Shown: positions 50,969-62,873 of the stretch, piece after piece
Numbering within the stretch: the first letter of the stretch is position 1
How the letters are laid out: each line of letters starts with the position of its first letter
DNA from: Lepidodermella squamata
Taxonomy: Eukaryota; Animalia; Gastrotricha
Direction of reading: 5' to 3'
Length of the DNA stretch: 64,000 nucleotides
NCBI GenBank assembly: GCA_047495785.1
Contig: JBLDXI010000042.1
Span: 930,001-994,000, forward strand
Notes under the pieces: model-generated
Told to the model about the DNA's origin: nothing
Databases searched by the model: none
The model's input: the letters and a program-made list of their open reading frames with translations, nothing else
Translations under genes and position numbers: made by a program

Positions 50969-51480
50969 ACTTACTGCCGCATTTTAATACATTAACATCG
51001 CAGTTTTGGCAGACGTAAGGCATGAAGCATAGAGTTCCTTGTCCCAGGGCATTCAAAGTCGCATTGCAAGCCGTCGCCAGCCGTCGATTCTAAACCATCG
51101 ATAATCAAGTTTCTTGAATCATATGACAATAATGGCTAAATTACATGTAATGCATGCTTTCTGTTCAGTCGAAGCCGAGGTCATGTGAGCAACTTCACGG
51201 TTGTTCGTGGTGCATGAGCACTTGCCGCTGATGCAAGCCTAATGCGGCGTCTTGGAGCAATCGTCGTTGTTCGTACAGGTGTCGCCAACAGTTCGAAGGC
51301 GGCACTCATAGCCGTTGCTGCTCGTGTAGCCGCTAATGCATTCGCCCTGGTTCTCCATGCACTTGAGGTTGTAGTAGCATTGAATCCAATTGTAGCATTT
51401 GCTTCCGGATTGGACACTGGCGGTGGCTGGTACGCAGTCGTCGCCTTTCGGGCCGGATTTGTAGCCTTTCAGGCATTGAA
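50969..51480 (-). pseudogene. 5'-truncated, frameshifted copy of EB gene I (gene E)
   Basis: QCLKGYKSGPKGDDCVP...CRLRTVGDTCTNNDDCSKTP is nearly identical to 58767-59219. It has deletions and is joined to an inverted promoter. Confidence 0.8.
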
Positions 51481-51486
51481 ATACTT

Positions 51487-51747
51487 GTTTGCCGCTATTG
51501 CTGTTGTCATCCCGGTTGCCAAACGGACGTATCAGCTTGATATGATACCTTGAAAAATATCCACTCTCGATGCATCCTCTCTCGGTCTTTAACATTGATC
51601 CGCGATATGTCTAGAATTATATATATCATAGAACCTTCCGATTACTAGAAAAGGCTTCCCTCTCTTTTCTCGGAATTAGCCTCACTACCTTAACATGTCG
51701 AACTTTTACCATTAGAATGAACTCTTGGTTTTGCATCTTCCTTACCC
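51487..51747 (+). pseudogene. Inverted EB-gene promoter plus the first 10 codons (MNSWFCIFLT)
   Basis: Reverse complement of the 40500-40790 promoter/start region; truncated after codon 10. Confidence 0.7.
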
Positions 51748-52417
51748 TAAAAAAGTTTTCGAAAAAGTTGTTGAGGACCCATGGCCAAGGTGAATTCACC
51801 TCGGAGGATTATAGGCTTATTTTCATGAAAACATCCAGCTATTTGAGCTATAGTAATATGCTAGCTAATAGCTATCTAATTTGCAAAGCTTTGAGGTAGT
51901 TTTAAGTTGGTAGATGAGTAATTGCCATATCATGCTTCAAGTGTTCAGTACATCACGCTATAGAGTGATCATCCACGAGCTTTTCTGTGTGCACAGCAGT
52001 TCAATAAAATGTCATCTACAGAAAATATAGAAAAAAAACACGCATCAAAACATTGTTTCCACGTGATCTACCCCTTGTGGAAATGACAAAGAACGCCAAG
52101 CCGCTTTATCAACGAGCAGCCTCGACAAGGCGGCGGCGAATAACGGCACATAGCGAAGAAGGAAATGGATCATGTGATATCGTGATGTGTGCCCATCAGT
52201 TCAATGGCTGGTATTGTTTTGATGTTATGATGTACTGGCCTCGTGACGCTCGAAGATGATTAGCTAAGATCACCCTCAAGCTATTATATGTTTTTGTGTG
52301 TACAGCAGTTCAATGACTGGAAGCGAGCTTTTCGAGTCGTCGATTCCCCTCAAGTTTATTCCTTAATTTTTCAACTTAAATTAAACGTTCAATTCTCACT
52401 ACTTTTCTACTCGAATT

Positions 52418-52734
52418 ATGGCGAAGCTAGCTCTAATTATTGCTGTTATGGTGAAATTATATTGTATAGAAGCTATATGCATCAATTAATTGCTTCTTTT
52501 CAGGCTATCGTTGCCGATGTTGCTCTGTCAGTAGCTGTCGGTACACCATGCACATCCCATGGTGTACCCGGCATATACGTGAGGTTCCAGAACAGTCCTG
52601 TGTACTGCAGAACTTCGGCCAAGCGTGAGGAAGCCGTCTTGGAAGAAGCTGCTCGTGGACTCTGTCATACCGCTGGCGGCAGGTTGGGTCACTGGGTGCA
52701 ACATGGCAACCGAAGTCCGACCTGCGAAATCTAA
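52418..52734 (+). CDS. Secreted multi-peptide precursor 3 (2 disulfide-loop peptides)
   Basis: Exon 1 52418-52450 (MAKLALIIAVM), 53-bp intron, exon 2 AIVADVALSVAVGTPCTSHGVPGIYVRFQNSPVYCRTSAKR-EEAVLEEAAR-GLCHTAGGRLGHWVQHGNRSPTCEI*. Same intron position and phase as genes 1 and 2. Confidence 0.85.
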
Positions 52735-53641
52735 ATCTCAACCAAGTAAGTGAACGTGGAAGGGAGAGGAGAAGAAGGTGTTTTAAACTTCTGCTGGCAT
52801 TCTACATGCGATGCCGATAAACTGGAAGAGATAACGGTCGATACTGATATATAATAAAACATACGCTAGTGAAGGTGTATCTTATTAGTTACCGTATAGG
52901 GGCACCGTGGAAAAGACAGGCAATGTTGAAACTTGAGACCGGTAGAGGATGCATCGAGAGCGGATGTTTTTCAAGGTATCATTGCTGCCTATTGAACTGT
53001 CAAAGACCAAAGAGCGGACCCTTATGTCGATTTCCCTCATCCTAACCAGTTCTCCTGTCCTTCCTCGCTATTTGATACGGCCTCGGAGCTTGCGTCTGAT
53101 TGGTAAGCACAACTGGCGCTGTGGTATGAACAAAAGGTTTTGCTAGGGTTTAAGGTTCTAACTTTTCAGTAGAATAATATGACCTTCGTCTCGATGCTAT
53201 GACGGCTTTACTTTATAGATATTATATCAGAAAAGTAGAGGCCGGAAGAGGATGCATCCATAGCGGTTATTCAAGGTATCCAATCCAGCAGCTACGTCAG
53301 CTCGGCAACCCGGTTGACAATTAAAGCGAAAATAAATTCCTACGCGTTGTTCAATAGCTAATTCGATCTTAGCTAATTCGAGTCCTATTGATCGGTTTAG
53401 ATTTGGAGATTTATAAAACCTCAATTTTTTGACAGTGAACCAAAGATTTAACAGAAAACGACAATTTCACATCTTAGCGCAGTTATTGATGATTCAATAA
53501 CGGAAATAGAGACAAAATATAAGAAGAAGAATCGTTATCCTCGCAAATTTATCATAGTTTTATTCTTCTGATAACTTGAGTAATTTCCAGTACCTCCAAA
53601 CTTATTAAAGCATGCATTGCTCAGTTCGTTTCGCTCAGCTT

Positions 53642-54772
53642 TTATGAAAACCAAAAGAGTGTCATGGCAAAAAGCATCGTTGCTGTTATCATTCGAGTCG
53701 ATGCTGAACTGACTATCCATTCTGAAACATTGAAAGCTCAGTGAATAAGTGTGTTTGATCATAGTTTAATTATAACTAACGTCTAACACACATTTCGGTA
53801 ATGGTCATAGTGGTGTAATCGTAATCGTACGACATTGCCGTTGAACCCGAGTTGCATGTGCATTTCTGGTTGATGCACCTCGAATTCCGCGCGCCTGAAC
53901 AGTCGCTGTCGTCTTTGCAAAAATCGCCGAGCGAGCTAAGGCGGCAACTTCTTCCGAAACCCCAATTGTATGAGTTGATGTAACCCGCCTTACAGGTGCA
54001 TCTCCCGTCGACACACTCCAAATTATACTTGTTAGCGCATGGATCAGCGCTGTGGCATGTGTCGTTCCAAGCTCGAAGGCGGCATGAGTAAAAGTTGTTC
54101 GCGGTGTAGCCGCTGGCGCATGAGCATCTGTCCTGATCGCAGACCATGTTGAAGTAGCACTCGCTCGAGTTCGAGCACGCACCGCCGTATTCAACGTGTT
54201 CACAGTCTGGCACGCATTCATTATTGGGACCACGTTTTAAGCCCTCACCGCATTGACACCGCTCTTGAATGCATGATGTATATTTGCTGGAGCATCCTCG
54301 GGGTTCATAGCATTGTTCACCCAGGCGGGCAGGCGGGAGTACACTAAGTCTTTTATCCCTTGTCAAGAGAGTACCAGAACCGTTTCCGGAGTTATTGTTG
54401 GGCAGCGGATCTAATTATGTATTATATCAATCACATAAATAAATGTTAATAATATTATTAAATTATAGAAGACAAGTGGAAAACACCTCAGCTCCCGGAT
54501 CCTACTTCGCACACTGCTCGGCATATATCGCGGTATTTGAAAGTGTAACTATATTCCAACTTACTTCTCATTTTCCGACATGCCTGGCTGGTTTCGTTGT
54601 AAAAGTAGTTTGTTAAGCAGGAGCAGACGCCGGCTCCACAAGATGGTGATATAATTTTGCAGAAAGAATTCCTATACGGACACTGCCGGTTTGATGTGCA
54701 TGTCTCACCTATTTTGTGTTGCGCAAATGTTGCTGCAACAAAGGTAAGGAAGATGCAAAACCAATTAATCAT
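53642..54772 (-). CDS. EB-module Cys-rich gene F (3 exons, intact; close paralog of C)
   Basis: Exon 1 MINWFCIFLTFVAATFAQHKIGETC..., exon 2 = ORF 53776-54366 (RDKR), exon 3 QWIVSSASTRMITATMLFAMTLFWFS*. Confidence 0.8.
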
Positions 54773-55120
54773 TCTAATATCAAAAGTTCAACAAGTTAAG
54801 AGTGATTCTTACTCGATTCGAATTGGATAGGTGGCAAATTTCGAGGAAAAATGTCGTCGAAGCAACACGAAGAAGTAATCTTTTTCAAACAAAGCAGATG
54901 GATTTGAGATTTTATTGACATACCTCGGATGAATGATGAAAAGTTGAAAACGGTTGAGGATGCATGGAGAGCGGAAGTTTTTTAAAGTATATTATCCAGC
55001 TGATGCGTCCACCCGGCAAACGGGATGACAACGGCAGCAAAAAAGTCTTTCTACGTGTTAATCATACGTTACTCATTCATTAGCATACAAAGCAGCATTA
55101 AACAAAATAGTACTTTCATA

Positions 55121-55781
55121 CAGTGAGAGAAGTAGCGGGGAGACTGGGAGTACGGTACTCCCAGTTCGACCGGCCAAAAGAATGGCAATATTCTCAGAGT
55201 ACTAGGACAAGTTTCTCGAGATTGTGCGGCAAGGCTCATACTTGTATTGGAGATCATTTTTCTGACCATTCTTAACAAATGTAGGGGCTTGAAACCCAAT
55301 TTTTTTGGCTAGCTTCGCTCGCCTACAACCCTCTTTCTCCATGTTCAGTTTCGTCAATTAGTTGGGCTGGCCGAATTTGTTTAAATGTTTCGTTTCAGCA
55401 TACGCCTTCTAAAACTGTTAGAATGAGGATGTGCAGAAGTACGCGAGAATAGAGAATACTGAGTAATTATTAGTTGTTAGCCTCTTCCAGGTCGAAAATT
55501 CAAAAAAATATCGCCAGGTTATGCTCGCTTCGCTGGCAGGTGACTAAACGCCCTATAGATACAGCTCAGCTGTTATTTCTTAGCGGTTTCGAACTTAAAA
55601 ATGCGCTAATTCTCTCAAATAAGCGAGCTTACGCGCGATCCAAGGGGAATAACACCCAATGAAGTAAAGGCATACAGTAAAGGTAAAATAAGACCTCTGC
55701 GAGCGAGCGATATTTTTTTGGACCATATGCTGAGGGAATGGCCGAGGTATCCCCAGCTCGAAAGTTCTACTTCGCACACTG
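55121..55781. mobile_element. hAT-type MITE (CAGTGTGCGAAGTAG family)
   Basis: TIRs CAGTGAGAGAAGTAG / CTACTTCGCACACTG; near-perfect 8-bp TSD CTTTCATA/CTTCCATA. Confidence 0.75.
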
Positions 55782-56070
55782 CTTCCATATATAAAAACAC
55801 TCATTTTTAGGTGTTTCGTCTCTCTGTACAGTGCTACCGATTTCTGCGACATCGCTATCTGCCCACCCCTGTTAGCATTCATCGATTTGTGGACCCTACA
55901 GTGGGTCTCGTTCAAAGAAAAATACGACTTAGAAGACAGGGAATTTTATTTTGTCACTTCATCTGTTCTCCATATTTTTAGCCAACTGATAACTTGAATA
56001 AACCCTCAAACTATTGAAGTATGCAATTATTTAGCAGCAATTCCAACTTCAGTTCGATTCGCTTCAGCTC

Positions 56071-56759
56071 TTATGAACCTGAGAGGAATATCAAGGCAGA
56101 AAGCAACTTGGCTGTTAGCATTCCATTCGTTGATGAATTGATCAGCGGACCTGAATCATTGAAAGCTAAGTTTGCTCCATCGAGTTTCCGTCATGACTAA
56201 CGTTTAACACAGACTTGCAATCCAGTGGCTGTGGTGCCTAACATCAAATCCAAACTTCACGTGCATTTCTGGTTGGAGCACCTCAAACCCCGCGCCTCTG
56301 AACAGTCTCTGGCGTCTTCGCAGATATCGCCGAGCACACGAATGAGGCAACTGCCTTCTGAGTTGTTGTAACCCGCCTTACATGCGCATCTCCTGTTGAC
56401 GCATTCCAAGTTGTGAAAATCTGGACACGGTTGTTCGCTGTCGCATGCCTCGTCAATATGCTGAGGGCGGCAGTTGTAATAGCTTTCGAGCGTATACCCG
56501 CCGCGGCATCCGCATTTGTTCTGATCGCAGACCATGCTGTAGTAGCACTCGTTCGAGTCAGAGCACGCGCCGCCGTAGTCAACGTGTTGACTTTCTGGCA
56601 CACAGTCCTTACGGGGACCGAGTTTTAAGCCTCTATCGCATTCACATCGCCATTGGTTGCAAAATGTATCTCTGTCGGAGCACTCCCTGACGTGCAGTTC
56701 TCGCCTATTTTAAGTGATGTTGCGATAACAGCCGGGAAGATGTAAAACAGTTTTTCCAT
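56071..56759 (-). pseudogene. EB-module gene G, internally deleted
   Basis: MEKLFYIFPAVIATSLKIGENC runs into exon-2-like sequence out of frame; premature TGA at NQKCT*. Confidence 0.7.
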
Positions 56760-56953
56760 TTTTATGTTAAACATTCAACTAGTTAACAGTGATTATAAAT
56801 TTTATATGGAGGCCAGCTTCGAGGAATATTTCAGCTGAATATGAGATGCCAAGTGTTTTTTGTAACGTAGTGAAAGGGTCGCCACGTGCCCTATGCCCTA
56901 TGCTCCACCTTAACCTTTAGACCTGTTAGCGCTCGTGCCAGCAATAGCACATG

Positions 56954-57278
56954 CAAAATAGGTGAGACATGCACATCAAACCGGCAGTGTCCGTATAGGA
57001 ATTCTTTCTGCAAAATTATATCACCATCTTGTGGAGCCGGCGTCTGCTCCTGCTTAACAAACTACTTTTACAACGAAACCAGCCAGGCATGTCGGAAAAT
57101 GAGAAGTAAGTTGGAATATAGTTACACTTTCAAATACCGCGATATATGCCGAGCAGTGTGCGAAGTAGGATCCGGGAGCTGAGGTGTTTTCCACTTGTCT
57201 TCTATAATTTAATAATATTATTAACATTTATTTATGTGATTGATATAATACATAATTAGATCCGCTGCCCAACAATAA
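56954..57278 (+). repeat. 325-bp apparently exact inverted copy of 54392-54716 (exon 1/intron of EB gene F)
   Basis: Identical translation KIGETCTSNRQCPYRNSFC... and identical intron sequence in the opposite orientation. Confidence 0.9.
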
Positions 57279-57317
57279 GGCAAATGCAGAGTTTAAAAAA
57301 GTTCAGACACTTCAGGG

Positions 57318-58021
57318 TCAAGTTTTCTCTAATGAAGCGCACACCTTTCGTTTCTTCGAGCCAGAAATTTCCTCTGTGACTTCCCACGTGTAAGAATTAC
57401 AGCGGCATTTCCCGTTGCGGCACTCCAAACCATTCGTGCTCAGGCAATCAGCATTTGTGGAGCAGGGGTCTCCGATGAACCTAGCTCGGCAGTTGTACTC
57501 GTTGTCACTCACATAGCCGCCAGGGCAAGCGCATCGGTTTTGGTGACACTCAAGTCTGTTGTAGCACTCGTTCGAGTGGGAACACGGATCGCCGAATTTC
57601 GCCGTCTCGGTGACTGCGATGCAATCGTCGCCTATCGGCCCGGGTTTGAAGCCATCGAAACATTGGCAAACGCCGCTGATGCAGTCCGAATTGCGCGCGT
57701 TACAGTCCATGAAATCAACACACGTTCCACCGAGATTCACGTGAAGATAATTGTTCTCGTGTTCGACTGAGCTCTCAAAATCATCATGGTTAATTATTGG
57801 TAAAATATGAATTGGGCTGCTGTTTGTGGGTAAATCATCAAAAAAGAGTATCTTGTTTCAACTTTTAATTTTAATTAAATCTTGAAAAAAATCGGGCCGA
57901 AGATAAGATTTGGTAACAACTTACTTTTAACCGAACACTGATCGTTCGGCGAGCATTGTTCAGGACTTTCTGCCGTAACAATTGCTGCCGCGAGAAAGAT
58001 AGATAGCAAGAGCTTCTTCAT
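57318..58021 (-). CDS. Divergent EB-module gene H (2 exons seen)
   Basis: Exon 1 MKKLLLSIFLAAAIVTAESPEQCSPNDQCSVK; exon 2 has three six-Cys modules (ORF 57318-57740). No GPI-type tail was seen. Confidence 0.72.
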
Positions 58022-58287
58022 TTTATACTGTTCTCTTCAAGGAGAATTACCGTATTTTTCTGTAAGGCAAGAAACGTGTTTACTTGTGCGTATACAAATA
58101 AAACTCACTATTTTCAAACAGTTTTTTGCTTTATTCCACTTATCATTCAAGTTCTTATAAAAAAAACTGACGTTCAAAATCATGGCTTTATTAAAAATCT
58201 CGATTCGATCAAAAAATTATCATAATACTTAAAGCTGGTAGTTTTGGTGAAAATACTTGGCTCAGACGTTATTAACGCTGGAAATGG

Positions 58288-60796
58288 TTATAGTGAAAAG
58301 AAGAAAGCAGCAAGTAACAAGCTGGATGCTACTGCAGTCCAGGGAGTCGCGATATTAGCCGAGCCGTATAGTTGGACGACTGAAAAAATGAAGAAATTAA
58401 TATTATTTACTAAGAATGGACCTGATAACAATTGGATGTACTTTGCTGAGGTTGAAAAAAATCCGGTTGAAAAAAATAAATTTAGGGTCGAAAAATACCC
58501 CAGGCTCCGACTTCGCACTCTAATTTTTCCCTCGATTTTTAAAACCTAAAATGTTCACCACTTCGTACCTAGAAGTTCAACTAGGCAGCACTAGCCAAAA
58601 TACGAAATTACTTACTTCCGCATTTTGATACATTAGCATCACAGCTTTGACAGACGTAAGGCATGGAACACAGAGTGCCTTGTCCAAGGGCATTCAAAGT
58701 CGCATTGCAAGACGCTCCCTCGCCAGCCGTCGATTCTAAAAAAAGAGAATTCAAGTTAATCCAATCTCAATGATACGTAATAGCGAAATTACGTGTAACA
58801 CAAGCTTTTTGTTTGGTCGAAGCCGAGGTCATGTAAGTAATCTCCCGGGTGTTCGAGGCGCAAGAGCACTTGCCGCTGAGGCAAACTAAATTCGGCGTCC
58901 GGGAGCAATCGTCGTTGTTCGTGCAGCTGTCGCCAACACTTCGAACGCGGCACTCGTAACCGTTGCTGCTCGTGTAGCCGCTGATGCATGAGCATTGGTT
59001 ATCCATGCACTTGAGGTTGTAGTAGCACTGGATCGAATCGTAGCACTTGCCGCCGGATTGAACGCTGGCGGTGCTTGGTACGCAGTCGTCGCCTTTCGGG
59101 CCGGATTTGTAGCCTTTCAAGCATTGGCAACGCCCGCCGGAGCACTCCGCGTTGTCAGCAACGCACATGTCACCGGCATTGCAGGTTCCACCCAAAATGG
59201 ATGCTAAGGAATAAAACAAAAATAATTAACGGCTGGTTAGCTTTCAAGAGGCTTGGTGCTTTGGCTTTCAGTTTAACCTATTTTTGGTTTAAAAAATGGC
59301 AATACACAATATGGCCTAATTCGCGAGCCTTCCACCAAGCACCGAGCAATGATTGCTGCAATGGGAGAGGGGCTAAATCCAGAATCAAATCAAATCGAAA
59401 ATGGGACAAAGCAATTGCTGGTACAATACACAATAGCTCGACGGTCATCAATAGCCCGAAATTTATGTCAATCCTTAAAAACGTGGTGACTTTCAAAGTG
59501 ATTACTGTAAATTCCCAAATACGAGCACCTCTTTGTCGGCAATTTGATCTTCTTTGGACTGCCGCCTGGGCTTGTATTTGAGAATTTACGGTACGCTATT
59601 TTCATCGAAGAAGATAGCTTCGGGGAATTAAATTCAATGTTTTCTCACGCCGTAATTTAGCTAAATCAGTTGAATTCAAATTTGGTTGGAATAACCGTTG
59701 ATCTAAATAAAAAGCTCAATTCTAAACCAGCAAAGGGGTTCGACATCGAATAGAAATTAAAATTCATTCATCGTCGATTTCAAATGTGGAAAAATGTTGA
59801 CTATCAGAAAACAGATTCTCACACAATATGTATGGGGCTCGAAATCGGAAATGTCGATGCTTAAAAGGAGTTCAGATTTTCACGATCTTTGATTTTCTGA
59901 GGCTTTGAAGTCGAATCGATCAAGTCAATACCTAACTAAAAAACAAGGCTAGGACTGCTTAAACGGATTGCGGAATGGCTCCTTAGCTTATAAAGTCTAA
60001 TCTCTGTTTCTAGCCCAATGTGGAAGCAACTGCAATAGTTGAAATATTGACATCAAAAGCTTATAATATGGCCACATAGGATTTTACACTAGAAATTATT
60101 TTAGTTCATCCAAAAATTGGCTTGATGATTTGAAGAATAAACAATTATTTGACAGAATATCTTTTAGCGGAACAAAATCAGCATACCTCATTTTAGATAA
60201 GCAAAATGTCGCTTTTCGAATATTTTTACGAAATTATGGCAATGAATTGATTCCATATGAAGAATGCGCCTCACACAGAATTTTACGCTGAATTTATTGA
60301 TGATTTATTTCAAATTATGCTGCCAAATCATGGTAAGAGCTTGAAAGCTTCAAAAGTTGCTTTAGGCCCATTAAAATTCCAATATTTTGTCCCGCTAAAA
60401 GTAAGACCCAGTTTTGAGCTCCCTGTCATTCAGCAACTGGATATTCGTATTCGCTCTCGAGTGCCCGTGCATAACCTTAACCCTAACTCTAACTCTAAAA
60501 GCATCAAACCTAATAAATTGTTACCATCATGAAGGTATTTTTGATCAAATTTTATTAGGAAAGATTTCAGATTAGGAAAATGACTTACATCGCTTGCATT
60601 TCCCACTGACTTGATCGTACTTGAAGCCAGGGAAGCAGGAACAGACGCCCGCTCCACACGATGGCGAGATGATTTTGCAAAAGCCGTTAGAATCAGGACA
60701 CTGCGAGTTCGCCGTACATTTATCGCCAATATTTTTCTGCGCAAAGGCAACCGCAAAAATTGCAGGTAAAACATAAACAAAATGTCTCATTTTCAT
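58288..60796 (-). CDS. EB-module Cys-rich gene I (4 exons; signal peptide and GPI-like tail)
   Basis: Exon 1 = ORF 60572-60796, exon 2 ~59205-58791, exon 3 STAGEGASCNATL..CQSCDANVSKCG, last exon VQLYGSANIATPWTAVASSLLLAAFFFSL*. Confidence 0.78.
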
Positions 60797-61399
60797 AACT
60801 AAATTTCACTAAAAAATCAAAAATAAATAATTTCACACAATGCTCAAATCGGAAAAATTGGTTTTGAGTGTGAGATGGCCGAATTTTGATAATTTTCAAT
60901 AAATAATAAAAAAATAGAAAAATTATGGCCCTTGTTGAAATAATTAGCCTGTAAATTAAGGATTAAGTCTCGGTAATTTCCCCACACACTTGAGGTGTTA
61001 CAGGAATTTGAAATGTTAATTTGTAGAGCCGGTCAGTTTGTAGCGAACGCGTCAAGGTATTATCTCGAAAAACAGAGGGATTTTTACGTGTTGCAAATGG
61101 ATGTGTGTATACTAACCATCACCGCGGCGCTTCATCTCGCTTTCTGCCTGGTGACCATCGTCTTATAATGTTGTGGAAAAGCAACAACACACACATACAA
61201 CCACACACAAACAGATGATGATCAAGATGATATTACCATTTTTATTATTGTATAATTGCACGATGTTAAGCAGAGAAAAATGAAAAAAAAGCTTTGTTAT
61301 TTTATCTTATATAAGAAAAAACGCGTGGCGCTACGAACCCACGCATTCTTAAACACGGTGTAATAATAAAAAAAATAATTATAAATCTCGTCTTTGTAA

Positions 61400-62054
61400 T
61401 TAACGACTCTTCACTGTTGTAGTAGTAGTAGTCGTAGCTGTAGTCGTGGAATTTGTCGAATTAAGAGACATTCGCCATCGCTGTCCTTTCGCCGGCATGT
61501 AGAAACCAGTGAAATTCGATGATATTTTGTTGTACATTGATTGAATCGCAACAACCTGGCCTTCGTTGTTGTTATTCCTTTCGGATTTCATCGGGGCAAA
61601 AGCTGGAGCACTGGAGTTTGAGTTTCCATCTCTGGGCGGTGGCACCCCTCCGAAGCCACGAATTCCCTCCCCCGGGCGACTCTGCGACGGCCGGGTCATA
61701 TTGCCACGGGTGATGTTCATCGAAGAGTTGTACGAGGGTAGGTACATTTCGAGGTCTTTACTCGGTGGTGGGGCTCTGTCGGCCTTAGCAGACCGGTTCC
61801 CTGCGATAGAATCAAAGGCCTTGATGCGCTGGGATGAGTTCGAAGAGAGAGCTAGTTCGTCCGAGGTGAGGTTGAAGTCGCTTGAATTAGCTCCTTTTAC
61901 AAAGCCAGGAATCATATAGAGAGGTGGCCCGGGAGGCGGATTTCTCCTCTGGGCAGCGACTCCTCCCGCGATAACGGTCAAAACCAGGAAAACTGAAAAT
62001 ACAAAAATTCACCCTAAATTCAGAAAATTGTGAACAGACTTTACCTGCTATCAT
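61400..62054 (-). CDS. Secreted Pro/Ser/Thr/Asn-rich low-complexity protein (2 exons), function unknown
   Basis: Micro-exon MIA, GTAAAG..TTTCAG intron, then VFLVLTVIAGGVAA completes a signal peptide. Many N-x-S/T sequons and a poly-Thr tail. Confidence 0.65.
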
Positions 62055-62873
62055 TGTGTCGATTTGGATGTTTTTTCGTAAAATGGCTCTAATTCTGCGG
62101 GCAGTTCATTTTTCCATTTTAGCGAGAAGCCAATCCCTTAAAGAGTAAGGACTTGTTGTTTTTTCCTCATGCTGTATATTGTTGTAAGTTGATGCCAATT
62201 GTTGGCACCAATCCTTCCTATACATCAGCTAGCAAACAGGATGGCAAGGCGCGAAAACTTTCCATTGTGGGCGGTTGTCTAAGAACCCTGCTGAAATTAA
62301 CTTCGGCGGAAAGCTGTCGTTGTCGTTGAGGCAGAAAAAACTCGGCGGAACTTCAAGCGTAAACATCGTTTACATCGTCCTTCTTCCTGGACAGCAGGGT
62401 TTGAAGAACAGGGGTACTCCGGGACTCCAATCATAGGAAGGCTAAAAAAATCCACTTGGGGACCGTTTGGTTTCTTTGACTGGGTGCTAGAAAACAAGTA
62501 GAAAACACCTCAGCTCAGGGATCCTACTTCGCCCACTGCTGGACAGGAGGGGGAAGTTTTAAATGAATGATACGTATTTAAGATGAAAATATTCACGTAA
62601 ACATCTCATTCTTGAATTTAAATTTCTTCTCAATTTTGAGCCTGCTATACACTTTGCGGTAAAGAGTGTGTACTTTGAAACCAACGTGTTCTTCGGAATC
62701 GTTATCATTTTCATAATCTTGTTACAAATAAATAATGCTGAAATACGCCAGAAATGTGTTAGTAATCAAAATTTTATTCAAAATTCAAATAAAATAATTA
62801 TAAAACAATCACCGGAAATACAGTATGAAAGTTCAAGGGGGGCAAATTGCTTGTCATTTCTTTCTTTTCGAGA

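Noticed and set aside
36812-59581. Many plus-strand ORFs across the EB array
   Set aside because: They are antisense shadows of Cys-rich minus-strand exons.
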